From: Chrysomallon squamiferum
Taxonomy: Eukaryota > Animalia > Mollusca
Direction: 5' to 3'
Length of the DNA: 64,000 nucleotides
Assembly: GCA_012295275.1 (NCBI GenBank)
Contig: CM022671.1
Span: 29,202,001-29,266,000 of the forward strand
Part shown: in pieces, positions 45,781 through 59,660 of the stretch
Numbering within the stretch: position 1 is the first letter of the stretch
Layout of the letters: each line of letters starts with the position of its first letter
Notes under the pieces: model-generated
Database searches by the model: none
What the model was told of the DNA's origin: nothing
The model's input: the letters and a program-made list of their open reading frames with translations, nothing else
Translations under genes and position numbers: made by a program

Positions 45781-47055
45781 GTACATGGCTCACTGTGGAA
45801 ACCATGGTAACAAGTTAATCATAACTGCAACTGCTTATTGATCTCTTATTTGGTGACGAGTTTTGTCCTAATTAACCGAGAACAGAAGGTGTATGTGTTT
45901 AAGACTTGATGTTATTACATTTGATGTGAGTGGCATTATTATAACTAATTTATACAAAATAATTATTATTCCAAGCTTTTACAAATAAGTCTTGTTGTTG
46001 TTTGTTTGTTTGTTTGTTTTGGGATTGTTTTTTGTCCTTGTTGTTTTCTGGGCTTTCTGTTTATAGAGAAGGGGTATTTGTTTTGTTTTTATTAGTTAAA
46101 TTTAATTTAATTTTTTTTAATTTATTTTTATTTTATTTTGTTCTATTATTAGTTTTAGTTTTAGGGGACTTTTTTGGTTGTTTGTTTGTTTGTTTGTTTT
46201 TTGTTTTGTTTTTTTAATTTAATATTTCTATTAATAGTTTGATGGTATGAATAGACTGTTTGGAATTAAAAGAACTGAACAAATTCAGTGATTATTAATT
46301 TGTGAAATTCAAGCATTTTTTTTAATCAATATTTTATTTTATTTCATTTTATCATATTTTATTTATTTATTTATTTATATAAACTGAAAAAGATACAATA
46401 CCCTCTCTAAACAAGCAAAAAACACATTTTATAAATCTATATACATGACATTCTTTTAGTTTTCTTAAATTATTATTATTATTATTTTTTTTTTTTTTTT
46501 TACTTTAAATTTTAAAACAAATGATATATCTGTATAAAAAGAAAATGGTATGAAAAGAAGAATAAATGTAGGCTAAAAGTATGGTACACTATTTTGACCT
46601 ATATAAAATATACCATTACCTCCTGATTTTGTCATTTTTCTTTCACATATTCAATGTGTATGTAAAACAATGGCTGATCCAAGATGTCAGAAATGTTAGA
46701 GAACAATTGTTTTGATAAATAGATCAATAAAATTAAAAATGAAACTACAGTTGAAATAGGTTGCATTATTTAGAAATGAAACAAAAAAAAAAAAAACATT
46801 GATTTTCAAGAAAATCAAAAAAAAAAAAAAAAAAATCATGCTAATAATAGAGTATTTGACATTCAAGGAATTTAAAATATTCCATTAAAAAACCCATTTG
46901 AAGTGCACTTAACTCAAACATCACTGATATGTATAGAATTGTTCAATTAATGTGTGCAATCATCTCAAGAGATCAATATTAATGCAATAAATATTAATGT
47001 GCATATGTATAATATTAAATAATTTATCTTAACATCTGTCCACAATGAAATAATT

Positions 47056-47124
<69 letters not shown>

Positions 47125-47620
47125 TCTTTCTCTCTCTCTCTTTTTTCTCTCACACATTAATTAATTAATGAAAAATATATATATTAGTGTTATTATTATA
47201 ATGGTTTTACTGTTGTCTTATTTCTTATTTTATTAATTTAAATAATAATAATATAATGTCTGTAATGCAGGATGCTTAAAAGATTTTCTGTACTCTGCTT
47301 TTAATCATGTAATTATTTAATAACGAAATTCAGGAAGTCTTTGCTGTAATATGATTGCTTTTCTTGAATAAATACATATGTGTCTTTTCTTCTTCTTTTT
47401 TTTTTTTTTATTTTTTTTTTTTTGGTGATGTTTGCTGCAGGTAATTAATTGCATGGTAAATATAGAAATAATGGCACAATTGAGAATATTCTGCATGGCA
47501 ATGAATGACAGAAATGCCAGATAGAAACAAAATTCATTTATTTTTATATTAAATTTCTGACTCATTTTAGTTCTTGAAAAAATCTTAATTTATAGAATAT
47601 ATCTATTTCTTTAGAAATTG

Positions 47621-47671
<51 letters not shown>

Positions 47672-48707
47672 ACTTGATCAGGAAAAAAACAAAGACAATA
47701 CAAAAATGTTCGATGCCATGCTCCTGATGTGTGAGTTTATGTGTGTGAAAAAATATATATAATAATAAATTAATTACATGTCAAAAATTATATTCAAAAC
47801 TATGACAACACTCCCATTGCCTTTTTTGAAATGCTGAAACCACCTGTAATTTTTAATTATTATTATTATTATTCTGTTGTTTTGGGGGGGGTTTCACTAT
47901 CTTTTCTACTACTTCACTAATTTCTTATTTGTTTTCCTGTCAATCATCAAGAAACCAATCAAAAGTCACAGCACTTTATAATTTTTAATTAGCTATCCAG
48001 TCTAAATTTACAGGACTTTTTTCTAAATTTTAATTATCTACTGCATTTTTATTTTTTTTTTTTTTTTTTTTCTTTCTCTGAAAATACGTGAATTACATTT
48101 TAGGCTTCTTGAAATGAACAGGAACTTTAATTAACTTTGATTTAAAAACTGTTGGCATTTAAAAACAAAAATAATAGTTTGCATGTCCTAGAAGCCAGAG
48201 AAATACATCAAGAAGCCTGAGATACTGAATTGCTTTTTGATTTCTTTTAATTGATACCTGTCATTTGATCAAGAAAAGTAAATTGCATAGTACCAACAAG
48301 GCTGAATAATGTTTACAAAAATAAAAAATGTATGAAGAAAAGTATAAATGAACAACAGCAACAATAAGTAAGTGAATAAATTAAGAAATACACTGTCCAG
48401 TTCACATAAATTACTGTGTAAACACAAATGAACTAAACTACTTTTTGGATATGTCCATGTTATTGTTTTATTTATGTTGTAACAACCAATCTTTGCTGCA
48501 AATAATGTTAAAAATAACAAACTGAAGAGGATGCTTGAATGACGATATTCTTCTGCTATTGTCATGTCACTGCATAACTTAAATATAGAAAGGCAGAGAG
48601 ACAGAAATGCAAACAAAGATATATAATTAGAAAAGAAGAAAAAATATTTCTGTATATCATGTAGTCTCTATTTCTAAGGAAATATTTTTTTTTTATTATT
48701 ATTATTC

Positions 48708-48754
<47 letters not shown>

Positions 48755-49821
48755 TCATTTGAAATAACATCATGATAAGAAGCTTTAAAGTTAAAATATC
48801 AGCTTTTTTGCATCACAGAACTTCTCATTTTAATGTCATACAACAAGTAATACCAGCAAAGACTGGCACCAGAAGCAAAAGCTAAAAGTATATTTACAAA
48901 ATGTATTTGGCATCTTTGTTCACATGCCATCAAAGGTAAGCTTTAGGTACATATATAGAATATTACTTTTATACATCAAAATGTAACACAGTGATGAGAA
49001 AAGAAAAAATTCTTCCACTAATAGATGTGTTTGTGTGTGTGTGTGTGTGTATGCGTGGATAATATTTTTATCTTGTGTACGTAGGAATGTATACAAAAGC
49101 TGACCAAACCTTTCTGTCATAGTCACAACTAATAACATGAGAGAACTGTAGACAGACAGACAGACAGATAGACAGATAGACAGATAACTGGTAAGAGTAA
49201 ATTGCCTAGCAGTGGATGAACACAGTTGATAAACTAATCGTGTGCTCATCATAAAACAGTCGTGATTAAATACAACTGAATGAAGCAAAACAATAAAAGT
49301 AGTTTAAATCGTGGGTGTTTTTGTTTTCCATTACCAGATGGTGTATACTATTGATTTTATTATTTTAATTCTAGACTGTCAGGAGAAATATAATGTATTC
49401 TTGTGATTAGGATGTCTGAATGCATATATAACAGACAATGATGTATATTTTTGTTTAATGAATAAACGTTTGTTTAATTTAACTTTGTTTTTTTAACAGC
49501 GTGTATTTGTTTTAATCAGTTAATGATTGTTTAACAACAGTGCCTGTTAATATTTACTATTGTTAGGACACAAACATAATTATTATTATTATGTTGTTGG
49601 GATTTTGGGGTTTTATTGTGGGGATTTGATATATGATATGAAAGAGGAAATCTGTTGCTGCTGTTCTGTAATGTTGTTTATCAGTTAGCAGCATAGAATG
49701 TTGTATGTATACCTTCCCATAGATCGCAAAATATACAGGTTTTATAAATCAGTTGTGTAACATTTTCATACTGAAGAGGATTGATAAACCATTCCATGAT
49801 GAATACTGAGTATTGTGATGA

Positions 49822-49853
<32 letters not shown>

Positions 49854-50740
49854 TTTATTGTGTATGAGTGCATAGTCAGTCCCGAATATAGGCCTATAAA
49901 TATATGTATTTTCCTTTCAAGATATCAGTCAGAGCAGAAGTCGAAAATTAAACATAAATTTTATTATTTATATTAATTATTTTTTTATCAAGAAATTACC
50001 TGAATTGTTAAATCCGATAACTTTCATCGAATTAACAACACAAAACACTGTAAAATAAAATGAAAGGTTCCTGACGTTGTTGTAGTTTATTTCTACAATA
50101 ATTTACATCATGATATTGCTCTGTTGATGATATTTCTTCATACATAACAAAAGATGAAAAAATGATAATAAAAAGACCATAAAAAAAACGAGTTTTCAAT
50201 AGTTTAATAAAATATTCTAGATTACGTTCAAAATATATCTCAAATACAAAAATGAGTGTATGTTGAATAGGCACCATGTTTAAATGAACTGATAATATAA
50301 AAATCATAAAAAATTTGGACGCAATAAGTAGTTTAACATGTTAAATGTAATCATTTTTATTATAAGAGCAATTAATTATCATTTCTTATCACACACACTC
50401 ACGCATACACATGTATATCAGAGACGCGCGCGCACGTACACAATGACACGCATACACTTATACCTACATTTCGATATATTCTTGAAATACTGAAATAAAC
50501 TCATCCAAGGGATTCATGATTTTTTATAATAATTATTGTTCATAGATGATAACAATAACAACAACGATTACAATATTAAAACAAATAAAGATAGAAAGAA
50601 CAGGAGCATATCCAGGATGTGCTTTGTTTGCACATAAACACACTTTTAAGTCCACTTTTTTCCTAATTTAATAATGTTTGTTTTTTAAATGTCATCACTT
50701 TGACAGGACCAATTGTTATCTATTATCTATTTTATTTTCT

Positions 50741-50883
50741 ATTTTAGATTCACTCTGTTTCTATAAAATAGAAAAACACAAAAAAATGAAAATTATATTT
50801 TCAGAAATCAGAATATTTCTGTCTAATTAAAATTATATTTTCAGTTGTTTTTCTATTTTCTGGAAAGAGAGTGAATATAAAAT
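50741..50883. repeat. Inverted repeat (38-bp arms) downstream of the GPCR stop
   Basis: 50741-50778 (attttagattcactctgtttctataaaatagaaaaaca) matches the reverse complement of 50846-50883 (attttatattcactctctttccagaaaatagaaaaaca) with 4 mismatches. Confidence 0.85.
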
Positions 50884-51185
50884 ATAAAATAATATAGATA
50901 AAATATAATTAATAAATAATTACATATAATGTGAAACATAAAAAAAAAAAAAAAAATTCGTTTACAATTTTATACAAACCACCATCCAAAGAGAGAAAAA
51001 AAAAAAATTAATAAATAAAAAAAAAAAAAAAAAAAAAAAAGAGTGAGAAGAAAGAAAAAGTGTAGGTGCCAGATTTAAACATCCTTCTTTTTTTTCCTAC
51101 ATAAATTCTTAAATATTTTGTTTTTAAAGCTGACGTAGATAATCAAACGAAAATACCGGAAGACAAAACAAAGAGAAAATGTACT

Positions 51186-52559
51186 TCATCGTCTGATACT
51201 GAAACAAACCACATTTTCACTCATTTTACTCAAACATTTCCGAACACGTCTGCTGAACAGAAGGTACCAGGCCGGGTACACGGGAGCGTTTACGCAGAAC
51301 AACAGTCGACAGTAGAAGAGGATGTACAGTCTACATTGAGGAGATATTTTTTCTAAAGCACCAGGAACAGAGCAGACGATGAGCGGTAAAGAGCAGACGA
51401 GATAAGCGCAGAACATGACCAAGTAATTTCTAGCCGCCCCGCTCACGCTCATTCTGGCCCTTCTCAGAGACTGGTTTTGGAGAGCTGACGAATTTTTCAG
51501 CTTCTGGAACCTGTCCATGTCTGCCCCAAGTGAAATATCCGTAAAATCTGGGCATCGGCTTTTCTGCGAAGTCATACTCACGTTACTTAATGTCGGCTGT
51601 ATGGGCATCTTCTTTGAAGGACTTTTCTTGCGGTTGGCAGCTAAGATGGGGTTTTCTAATGCGATAATGTCTTCGAAGCACAAACTCTGGTCGCACTTTT
51701 GGTAGTGGACCATGCAGTTTTCCAGATTTTGCGACACAGTGAAGGCGTGCTGTGTCGCGTTTGCTTTGGCTGGCTGGTACGTCCTCAGAACTGGAACGTC
51801 GAAGTTCTCCACGGACAAACTTTGAGTTCTCTCCCAAGGCCTGACGCGGTTTTTGGTAAAAGACACGGCTATGTTTAACATTTTGAATATTTTGTAATAC
51901 GAAAACACTATCACTATAAAGCCCAGAATGAATGAACTGATGATGACTAAAAAGATGATTAACTGATTTACAGAGATTTCGTTTTTCGACGAAATGCGAT
52001 AATTTACTCGGAATGGGTCCTGGGTGATTGTCAGTTCTGACGAGCTATTCGCAAAAGACAAACTACAAGTCATGCTTAAGATCAAGGAAATGATCCAGTT
52101 TCCTGATATAGATTTCGATACAATATGTCTTCTCTTCTTTAACGACAAAGAAGGTTCCTTGATAATTTTGTATCTGTAATACCCAATGGCGGCGAAAGAG
52201 CCCCAGTACTGAAGCAACGCATTCAACACAATAAACAGCTGAATCCCTGACATTGCGTTAGAACCTTCTTCGTTCAGCTGGAGACTGTTCATTTTCACTG
52301 AAACCATGGACAGGAGCATGCTGATGCTCAACAAGATGTTGTTGATGCAAATGTTGACTAAGTGATTGTTAGGTGGCGTCCTCAACGCTGGCGAACACTG
52401 TATGATGATGATCAGGAGAGCGTTTATGAAGAGACTCACTGTGATGTTTAGACACAGGTAGACAAGAGATATAACCACCAGATTTGAAGGTAGGTCCCAT
52501 GTGTCCTCGGCAAACGTCAATGCCTCCGTCGTATTTGATCCCGACGTAGTAGTGTTCAT
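51186..52559 (-). CDS. Atypical rhodopsin-like (class A) orphan GPCR, single coding exon, ~457 aa
   Basis: The ORF starts at ATG 52559 (in-frame TAG upstream). It has N-terminal sequons (NTT x2) and seven hydrophobic segments: TM1 Asn, ICL1 LRTPPN, TM3 end YYRY, TM5 end SYYKIFK, a long ICL3, TM6 CSLP, TM7 YPAWY and helix 8 RRVRKCL. Confidence 0.85.
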   Translation of the reverse strand: MNTTTSGSNTTEALTFAEDTWDLPSNLVVISLVYLCLNITVSLFINALLIIIIQCSPALRTPPNNHLVNICINNILLSISMLLSMVSVKMNSLQLNEEGSNAMSGIQLFIVLNALLQYWGSFAAIGYYRYKIIKEPSLSLKKRRHIVSKSISGNWIISLILSMTCSLSFANSSSELTITQDPFRVNYRISSKNEISVNQLIIFLVIISSFILGFIVIVFSYYKIFKMLNIAVSFTKNRVRPWERTQSLSVENFDVPVLRTYQPAKANATQHAFTVSQNLENCMVHYQKCDQSLCFEDIIALENPILAANRKKSPSKKMPIQPTLSNVSMTSQKSRCPDFTDISLGADMDRFQKLKNSSALQNQSLRRARMSVSGAARNYLVMFCAYLVCSLPLIVCSVPGALEKISPQCRLYILFYCRLLFCVNAPVYPAWYLLFSRRVRKCLSKMSENVVCFSIRR

Positions 52560-52618
52560 ATCTCGAAGATTTTGTTTCTCCAAGAAAAACTCGAGCTCTT
52601 TAGAAGTCTGGTGAACAT
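52556..52618 (-). promoter_or_regulatory. Upstream ORF (20 aa) whose stop overlaps the GPCR start (ATGA)
   Basis: GCC ATG TTC ACC..GAG ATA TGA encodes MFTRLLKSSSFSWRNKIFEI*. Its TGA (52558-52556) overlaps the main ATG (52559-52557). Confidence 0.55.
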
Positions 52619-53807
52619 GGCACTTCTAGGTTTAAAAACATAAATAAAAATATTCTCTTTCTGTCACTTCAAGATTCTATTTGAAACGGTGCCATTGATA
52701 TTTGAACATTGATTTAGACTGTCACAAATTTTACACATTATTTCCAACTTAAAAACATCAGTGTTATTTAGTCAATTCATTATTTAAAGTGAAATGTCAG
52801 TGCAGCTTTGATGACAGATAACTGACTATACATCTGTGATGATACATTCTTAATTGCGCGAATCAGATAACAAAAATGGTGTCGATATTTCCTCGCAGAA
52901 GCTGTTTTGACGTCTGCTTTATGGTTCTGTTACTAAGCCTTGAGAACTTTAAATCTTCTGTAATTTTTATCTTGTTTTCTGTTTCTTTGTATTGATTCCT
53001 GTATTTGTGTTCACCCATCTGAAGAAAAAGAGAAAAAAGTGAAAATAAAAATACATTATTGATTGTATGGTTTTTTTTTATTATTAGTTAATTGATGATG
53101 AATTCAGTAACTGAATACTGAATTTCTGCTTAGAATAATAAAAGAATAATAAAAAATACAAAGAAATTTAATTAAATTATATTATTAGATTATAATAACT
53201 AATTAGATTTTTCTTCTTAATTTGCTGGTTTGCATGTATGTATGTGCATCCGTGAGAAAGAGAGAAATCGTTCTCTCTAATTTGTTACTTTTTTCTTTCA
53301 TTCGTTTTTTTTTTTTAATTTTCTACCCCAGTTTGTTTTGTTTACATACAGTTTCTTTTTCTCATTTTGTTCTTTGTTTTGTTAATACCAAAACAAAAAA
53401 ACTAAACTAAAAAATAATAATAATAATAATAATTGCTTTTTTTATTTATTTATACCCAATGAATCGTAAAATTGTGTACTTAGTATAATTATAAGGAAAC
53501 AAAATAAAATATTAACTACATGCCAAATTATTGCTATTACAGATATTTTTTTAGCAGTTTGCTAATTCTAAAACAACCAGAAAATTTAATGTATTTTATA
53601 AGTAGAAAGTGATTCGCACTAAAGTGCATCTTAAACGAACAATTAAAAAAAAAAAGTGGACAAAGTGATTTCTTTTTTTCACCATGCATTGTTTTGTTGA
53701 GGCAAAGTTTTTTCTCTGATTTTTTTATTGTTGGATTTTGTTTTATTCTGTTTTGTTCTTAGTTTTCTCCTTACTGGTTTTTTTTTTTTTTTTTTTTTTT
53801 TTTTGTT

Positions 53808-53839
<32 letters not shown>

Positions 53840-53859
53840 TTTTATTATTTATGTTTGTT

Positions 53860-53896
<37 letters not shown>

Positions 53897-54699
53897 TTGT
53901 GTTGTTGCTGTTTTAACAGACGAGATCTTAAAAGTTTCAGATTTTTAATATCAATCTCAATACTGATATAATATATATAAATACACATGTACATTCCACA
54001 TACATACATACACACACACACACATACATACATTCTTACGTGCATATACATACATACATACATGCATACACACACACACACATACATACATATACTAAGC
54101 TACATATATAAAATTAAAATATAATAATCGAAAGATCAACGAATATATTTACATCCCTATCTCTATACGTGTCTATCTGTCTCTATCAGTATCTATTTAA
54201 TACTATATTTACATATATATATATATATCCACATTCCCACACACACGATATTATTCCCATTTCATCTAATTCTTAATTAATCTACACAGTAAACTGATAT
54301 TTTACCTAATTTTAGTACATCTGTCTAATTTATTCAGTTACGGACATCAACGTTAACAAAGACGTTTGGTATTTTTAACTTACCGATCAGAGCTCGAACA
54401 CGTTGATCAACACACACACAAACAGAGGTCGACAAATACTACGTGCTGTGTTCTTGGTTAGCACTAAAAACCATCTGCTCTGTTCGTATACACGTTATCT
54501 CTGACATTCTCACAAAAACGCTGCCGGCATGTTGTCAAATCACTAATGTCATTTTACCTTTCTTCGTACCTGATTTCAGATGTTTTTGTGTTGTTGTTTT
54601 TTTTGTTGATTTTTTTTTGGAGTCGTGGGGTAGGAGAGTGTTGTTGTTTTGTTTGTTGTTTGAAGTGGTAAGTGTTTTTTTTTGTCTCTGTCAAACTGT

Positions 54700-54775
<76 letters not shown>

Positions 54776-55015
54776 CATTATCTTTTACGAGCCATAAATA
54801 TAAAGGAATAATTATATACATATAATTATATACACACATACATACATACATACATATATACATACATACATACATACATACATATATTATTATTATTATT
54901 ATATGCATACATATATATTATTATTATTAATTTATGATTATGGCTCATAAAAGATAATAGAAAAAATATCTTTGTTCAAAAGCGCATGTTTTGTTTATTT
55001 CTTTTGTTCAATTTG

Positions 55016-55076
<61 letters not shown>

Positions 55077-55902
55077 TTCTAATCGCAATTATACTTTTAA
55101 AAACAAAACCAATAACAATTACCAGATTCGGCTGATTCAGATTCATCGATTGGCACAATAATGAGTGCGAGGTGTGATTTACACCTTTTTATCAAACTTC
55201 CGATTTTTTCAGGAAAATCGATTTGTTAATCGAGTTTTTTTCCCCTCTGACAACATCAGTTAATTACCAGGTATTATGAAAAAAACGGAAAAAACTGTTT
55301 ACACAACAACATCCGATTCAGTGGTTGACTGAGCAAACATTTGTTCGCGAAATTTGACACTAATTTGCGTCTTTCGAACCAGAATTGATGAGAAATTGAA
55401 GGACATGCAGCAGTTTACTTGTTTTGAGGCTATTTCCCGTCCCCCACTGTTTCATTACAGAACATGGGATCTGCTTTCCTGTCTGTTTATGAAGGTAAAT
55501 AAATAAGAGAAGGGCCGGCTGAAACTTTGCACCAGTTGCTGCGGGTCGCAACGTCATGAGATCTTCAAGGTTACAACGGGAACAGTTGTAAAATAACAAA
55601 TAAAATGAAATAAGAGCCAAAAATCTGAAAATTCTTTGAGTGGAGTATCTGAGAAACTGATTATTTTTTTGTTCTGGTGATCAAACTGTGAAAAAATCAC
55701 AAAGGAAATTTCCATGACAGTTAGCTCTCTGTATCCTACATATATTTCCATCTATCTGTGTGTCTGTCTGCCTACCTAGCTATGTATCTATCTACATGTG
55801 GAAGCGATGGAGAGAGTTGTATGTATTTATGTATGTACGTACGTACGTGTGTATGCATGTAAGCAGATAGGTATATACATTTCTTTCCGTCGTTGTTTCT
55901 AT

Positions 55903-55972
<70 letters not shown>

Positions 55973-56723
55973 CTGTATATATAAAGAGACAGAAATATTT
56001 GCAGAAATCATGTATCAAACGAACCGCATCTCATTCAGTCAGTTACTAATCCATATTAACGTACTTGAACTAACAAAGCATATGACAGGCAATGATTAGC
56101 TTTTGAAATATTTACCTGCTGTGACATAATAAATGATTATTATTGCTTTTATGACGTCCTGATATTGGTAATATAAAATTTCTCTTTGTGGTAGCTCTGA
56201 CAAAACATGTTATTATTATTATTCTATATCATTCTGATTTTCACTTTTTGAAGGAGACTACAAAATGTCTTTTGTTGTTGTTATTTTTTGGAGGGTGGGT
56301 TTAGAGGGAGGGTGCATGGCTGTGGGTGTGGAATAAAGTAATAGATTTTTATTCGATTATTCATTTCATTTTATCCTGGTCATTACTGAAAAATTAAACA
56401 TACATAGATACAAATACACAGTCATGCATTCATGCACCTACGTATATGTCTCCAGTTATATATCTGAAAACATCGACCATCAGAAGTGGTTGTTGATTAT
56501 TTATTTATTTATATTTTTGTAATCCTAGGATTTTAAAACACTGATTTCACTGTGAATCTGTATTTACTAAATATAGATCAATACATACACTCATTAGTGG
56601 TCACATACGACATAATCGATAAGCGTGCTCTTCAAAACGTACTTACCAAAGTATCACACAGACGAATGTATCGTTCGTAGTACAGCAGCAGTAGCACGGA
56701 AAAACATGAGCGTTTCGTAATAT
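52560..56723 (-). other. Candidate spliced 5'UTR of the GPCR
   Basis: A - strand acceptor ttttcttcAG lies at 53020-53019. Candidate non-coding exons 54569-54384 and 56723-56647 both end in GTAAGT donors. Confidence 0.4.
55906..55970. repeat. (CA)n microsatellite; long (TTA/TAA)n tracts also occur, e.g. 17493-17560, 35172-35233, 55019-55075
   Basis: Directly visible. Confidence 0.95.
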
Positions 56724-57023
56724 CTGTGAGAATAAATACGTCAGCACGTTTAACAGCTTCGGCTACTCTTAATGAATATATCGAGTATTTTGGTAAACTA
56801 GAGAATCAAATAATAATAATAATAATATCTTTTATAACTTCGTCATCAATTGTATTTCATTTGTAAATCGGTAACGAAAGGTTTGCATCAAAAAATGTTT
56901 AGTAGACACTTCTGACTTTTTATATAGTGTAATGTTGAAAAAATATAACCGTAAATTTTCAATGTGAACATTTTAATTAATTCTACACAAAATCGGGTAA
57001 ATTATCTTTCTATATATCTATAT

Positions 57024-57095
<72 letters not shown>

Positions 57096-57550
57096 ATTAT
57101 TATTATTACTAGTATTGTTGTTGTTGTTGTTGTTGCTGCTGCTGCTGCTGCTCTTTTCTTGTTGTTATATTAACCCCATAAATGTAATTTATAGACATTT
57201 TAAACTCTTTCTGAAGTCCACTTTAATACTGTTAATATCATTTGTTTGCTGTAAATCATTTTAAACGATCCTACGATGTCTATTTCGGGTAAGACATTGT
57301 TGACATATTGTAAGAGGTATCGTAAATTCTGCTTGCTGACTTCTGTTAGTATTTCTTTGCTGACTCCCCGTTTGTGATATTTTGTTGTTATTAAATAAAA
57401 TAAAAAATAAATAAAAATAAAAATTATGAAAACAAAATAAAATTGAAGTCACATGATTTCATAATTACTGTGAAACGTACAAGCCAGAAATTTATTGTTT
57501 AGTATATATTTGTCCATTCTTTCATTCAGCCAGAATTTTTCATTAATGTT

Positions 57551-57583
<33 letters not shown>

Positions 57584-58493
57584 TTATTTGGGTTTTTGTA
57601 AAGGTGGTCAGTCAAAAATTAATTATGTACGTTTGTAAGTATGTATGTGTGTATGTGTGTATGTATGCATGTATGTATGTACGTATGTATGTATGTCTGC
57701 ATGTGTGTATATGTACTATATGTATATATGTATATATGTATGTGCGTATGTATGTATGTTTGTATGTATGTAGGTGCATAAGTATAATGTATGTATCTAT
57801 ACAGTGTCGGTAAAATGTACTGGTCATTCCCAAACGTTCAAGATTAATAATAAAATGATTGCTAATAACTGATTGCTTTAAAAAAAAAAAAAATTAAACT
57901 GTACTGCAACACCATACAGACAACGCAAATGTAGTATATATATAACATTTTTGCTGTATCATTTAGCGACAAGCATAATCTGTTGGTCATTCGCTGACAT
58001 TCAAGAATACAAATAAAGTAACTGATTTAAAAAACCATACCTTAACACCTGATATGCAAGACAAAAATAATGCTACGATAATATTACACATTTTGTCTAT
58101 AACCTTTAATCTTACGATCAATCCCTGACGATTAATAATAAAATAACTGTTGTTGTAAAAAAAAACAAAAAAAAACCTCTACCTTTTGTTCTTTGTACTC
58201 GATGGTGCTTCCATTCCCGTAATTTTCATTGCTGTGGATGATAATGACTTGTGAGAAAACTTGTTATCTCGACAGATTTCCTACACACCTGGGGTTATCA
58301 CTGCGAAAGCCACATGATACACTGAAGCCATCAGAGAGATTCATCGATTTCCACCGAAGTAAACTCGGCCGTCTACAAATCGTTAATTTCCGTGAAAATG
58401 AGAAACACGGTTAACATCGGGCGTCATTTTTTCATCTTCCATTCTCTCCTCTTTCTTTCCTTTTTTTTTTTTTCCTCTTCTTCCTTTTTCGTT

Positions 58494-58537
<44 letters not shown>

Positions 58538-58689
58538 GTCATTGAAAAATGAATAAATGAATAATAAATAAATAAAAATCTCGTTTTTAATTGATTTGTT
58601 ATTTTATTACTATTGATTTTTTAAATTGATTATTTATTTATTTGTTTGTTTGTTTGTTTGTTTGTTTGTTTGTTTGTTTATTATTATTA

Positions 58690-58729
<40 letters not shown>

Positions 58730-58872
58730 TACTATGGTAGTTTTGGGGTGGGTTCTTTCTTTCTTTTCTTCTATTATTATTAAAAAAAAATTAATTGTTT
58801 TTTTTCTAAGATTACATTGTCAAAAAGTTCTTATTTTTATGGGATTTAATATATATAAACTGTACCTAACTA

Positions 58873-58921
<49 letters not shown>

Positions 58922-59625
58922 TATATTTCTTATTTATTTATTTCTCAAATGATCAGTTCATCCACCAGTGTGTTTGTCTATGTATGTCTGTTCTATCTAC
59001 CTAAGTACTGTAGAGTGCTGATAATAAACGAATAGAATAGTTATTCTTTAATTCATAATAAAACAACTGCTTTTAACTTATAATCGAGTCATTAACTTCT
59101 ACACAACGTTTTCACTTGGAGAAATGCTAACCGGTTCCGAAAACTGAGTAATTCAGATTAACGATCTCACTTAATAATAAAAAGTTCGTGTTGCTAGCCC
59201 TGTCTGTCTGTCTGTTAATGTGTTTATTATCGTCTGTCTGTTGATGTGCTTGTTTGTGTCTTTTATTCTGTTTTCTTTCTGACTGTATTGCTATCATGTG
59301 TCTAACTATAAATATATTTGTCAGTTCAGTTTATCTATCACTTTTATCTGTCTCTCTCTCTCTCGTCATAGTTACGGCTGTGCTTAAAAACCCATGCCTT
59401 CCTGTATCAGTACAGCGTAATTTGAATGTATTTTGATGACATTTGCATGTCTGTGTCGAATTAAAATTCAGACGAGTTGTTTTCTCTGCTAGTTGGCATC
59501 GGTTGATAGATGTCAGGTTGGTTTTTTTTTCTTTCTTTTTTTTTCTTTTTTTTTTCTGAAACTATCAATCACAATGCAGTAAATTATACAGTACTAAACT
59601 GTATTATTCATAATGTGCTTGAATG

Positions 59626-59660
<35 letters not shown>

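Noticed and set aside
51186-52583. GPCR as an opsin, and TTG 52583 as its start
   Set aside because: There is no Lys at the TM7 retinal-binding position (Cys instead). The first in-frame ATG is 52559.
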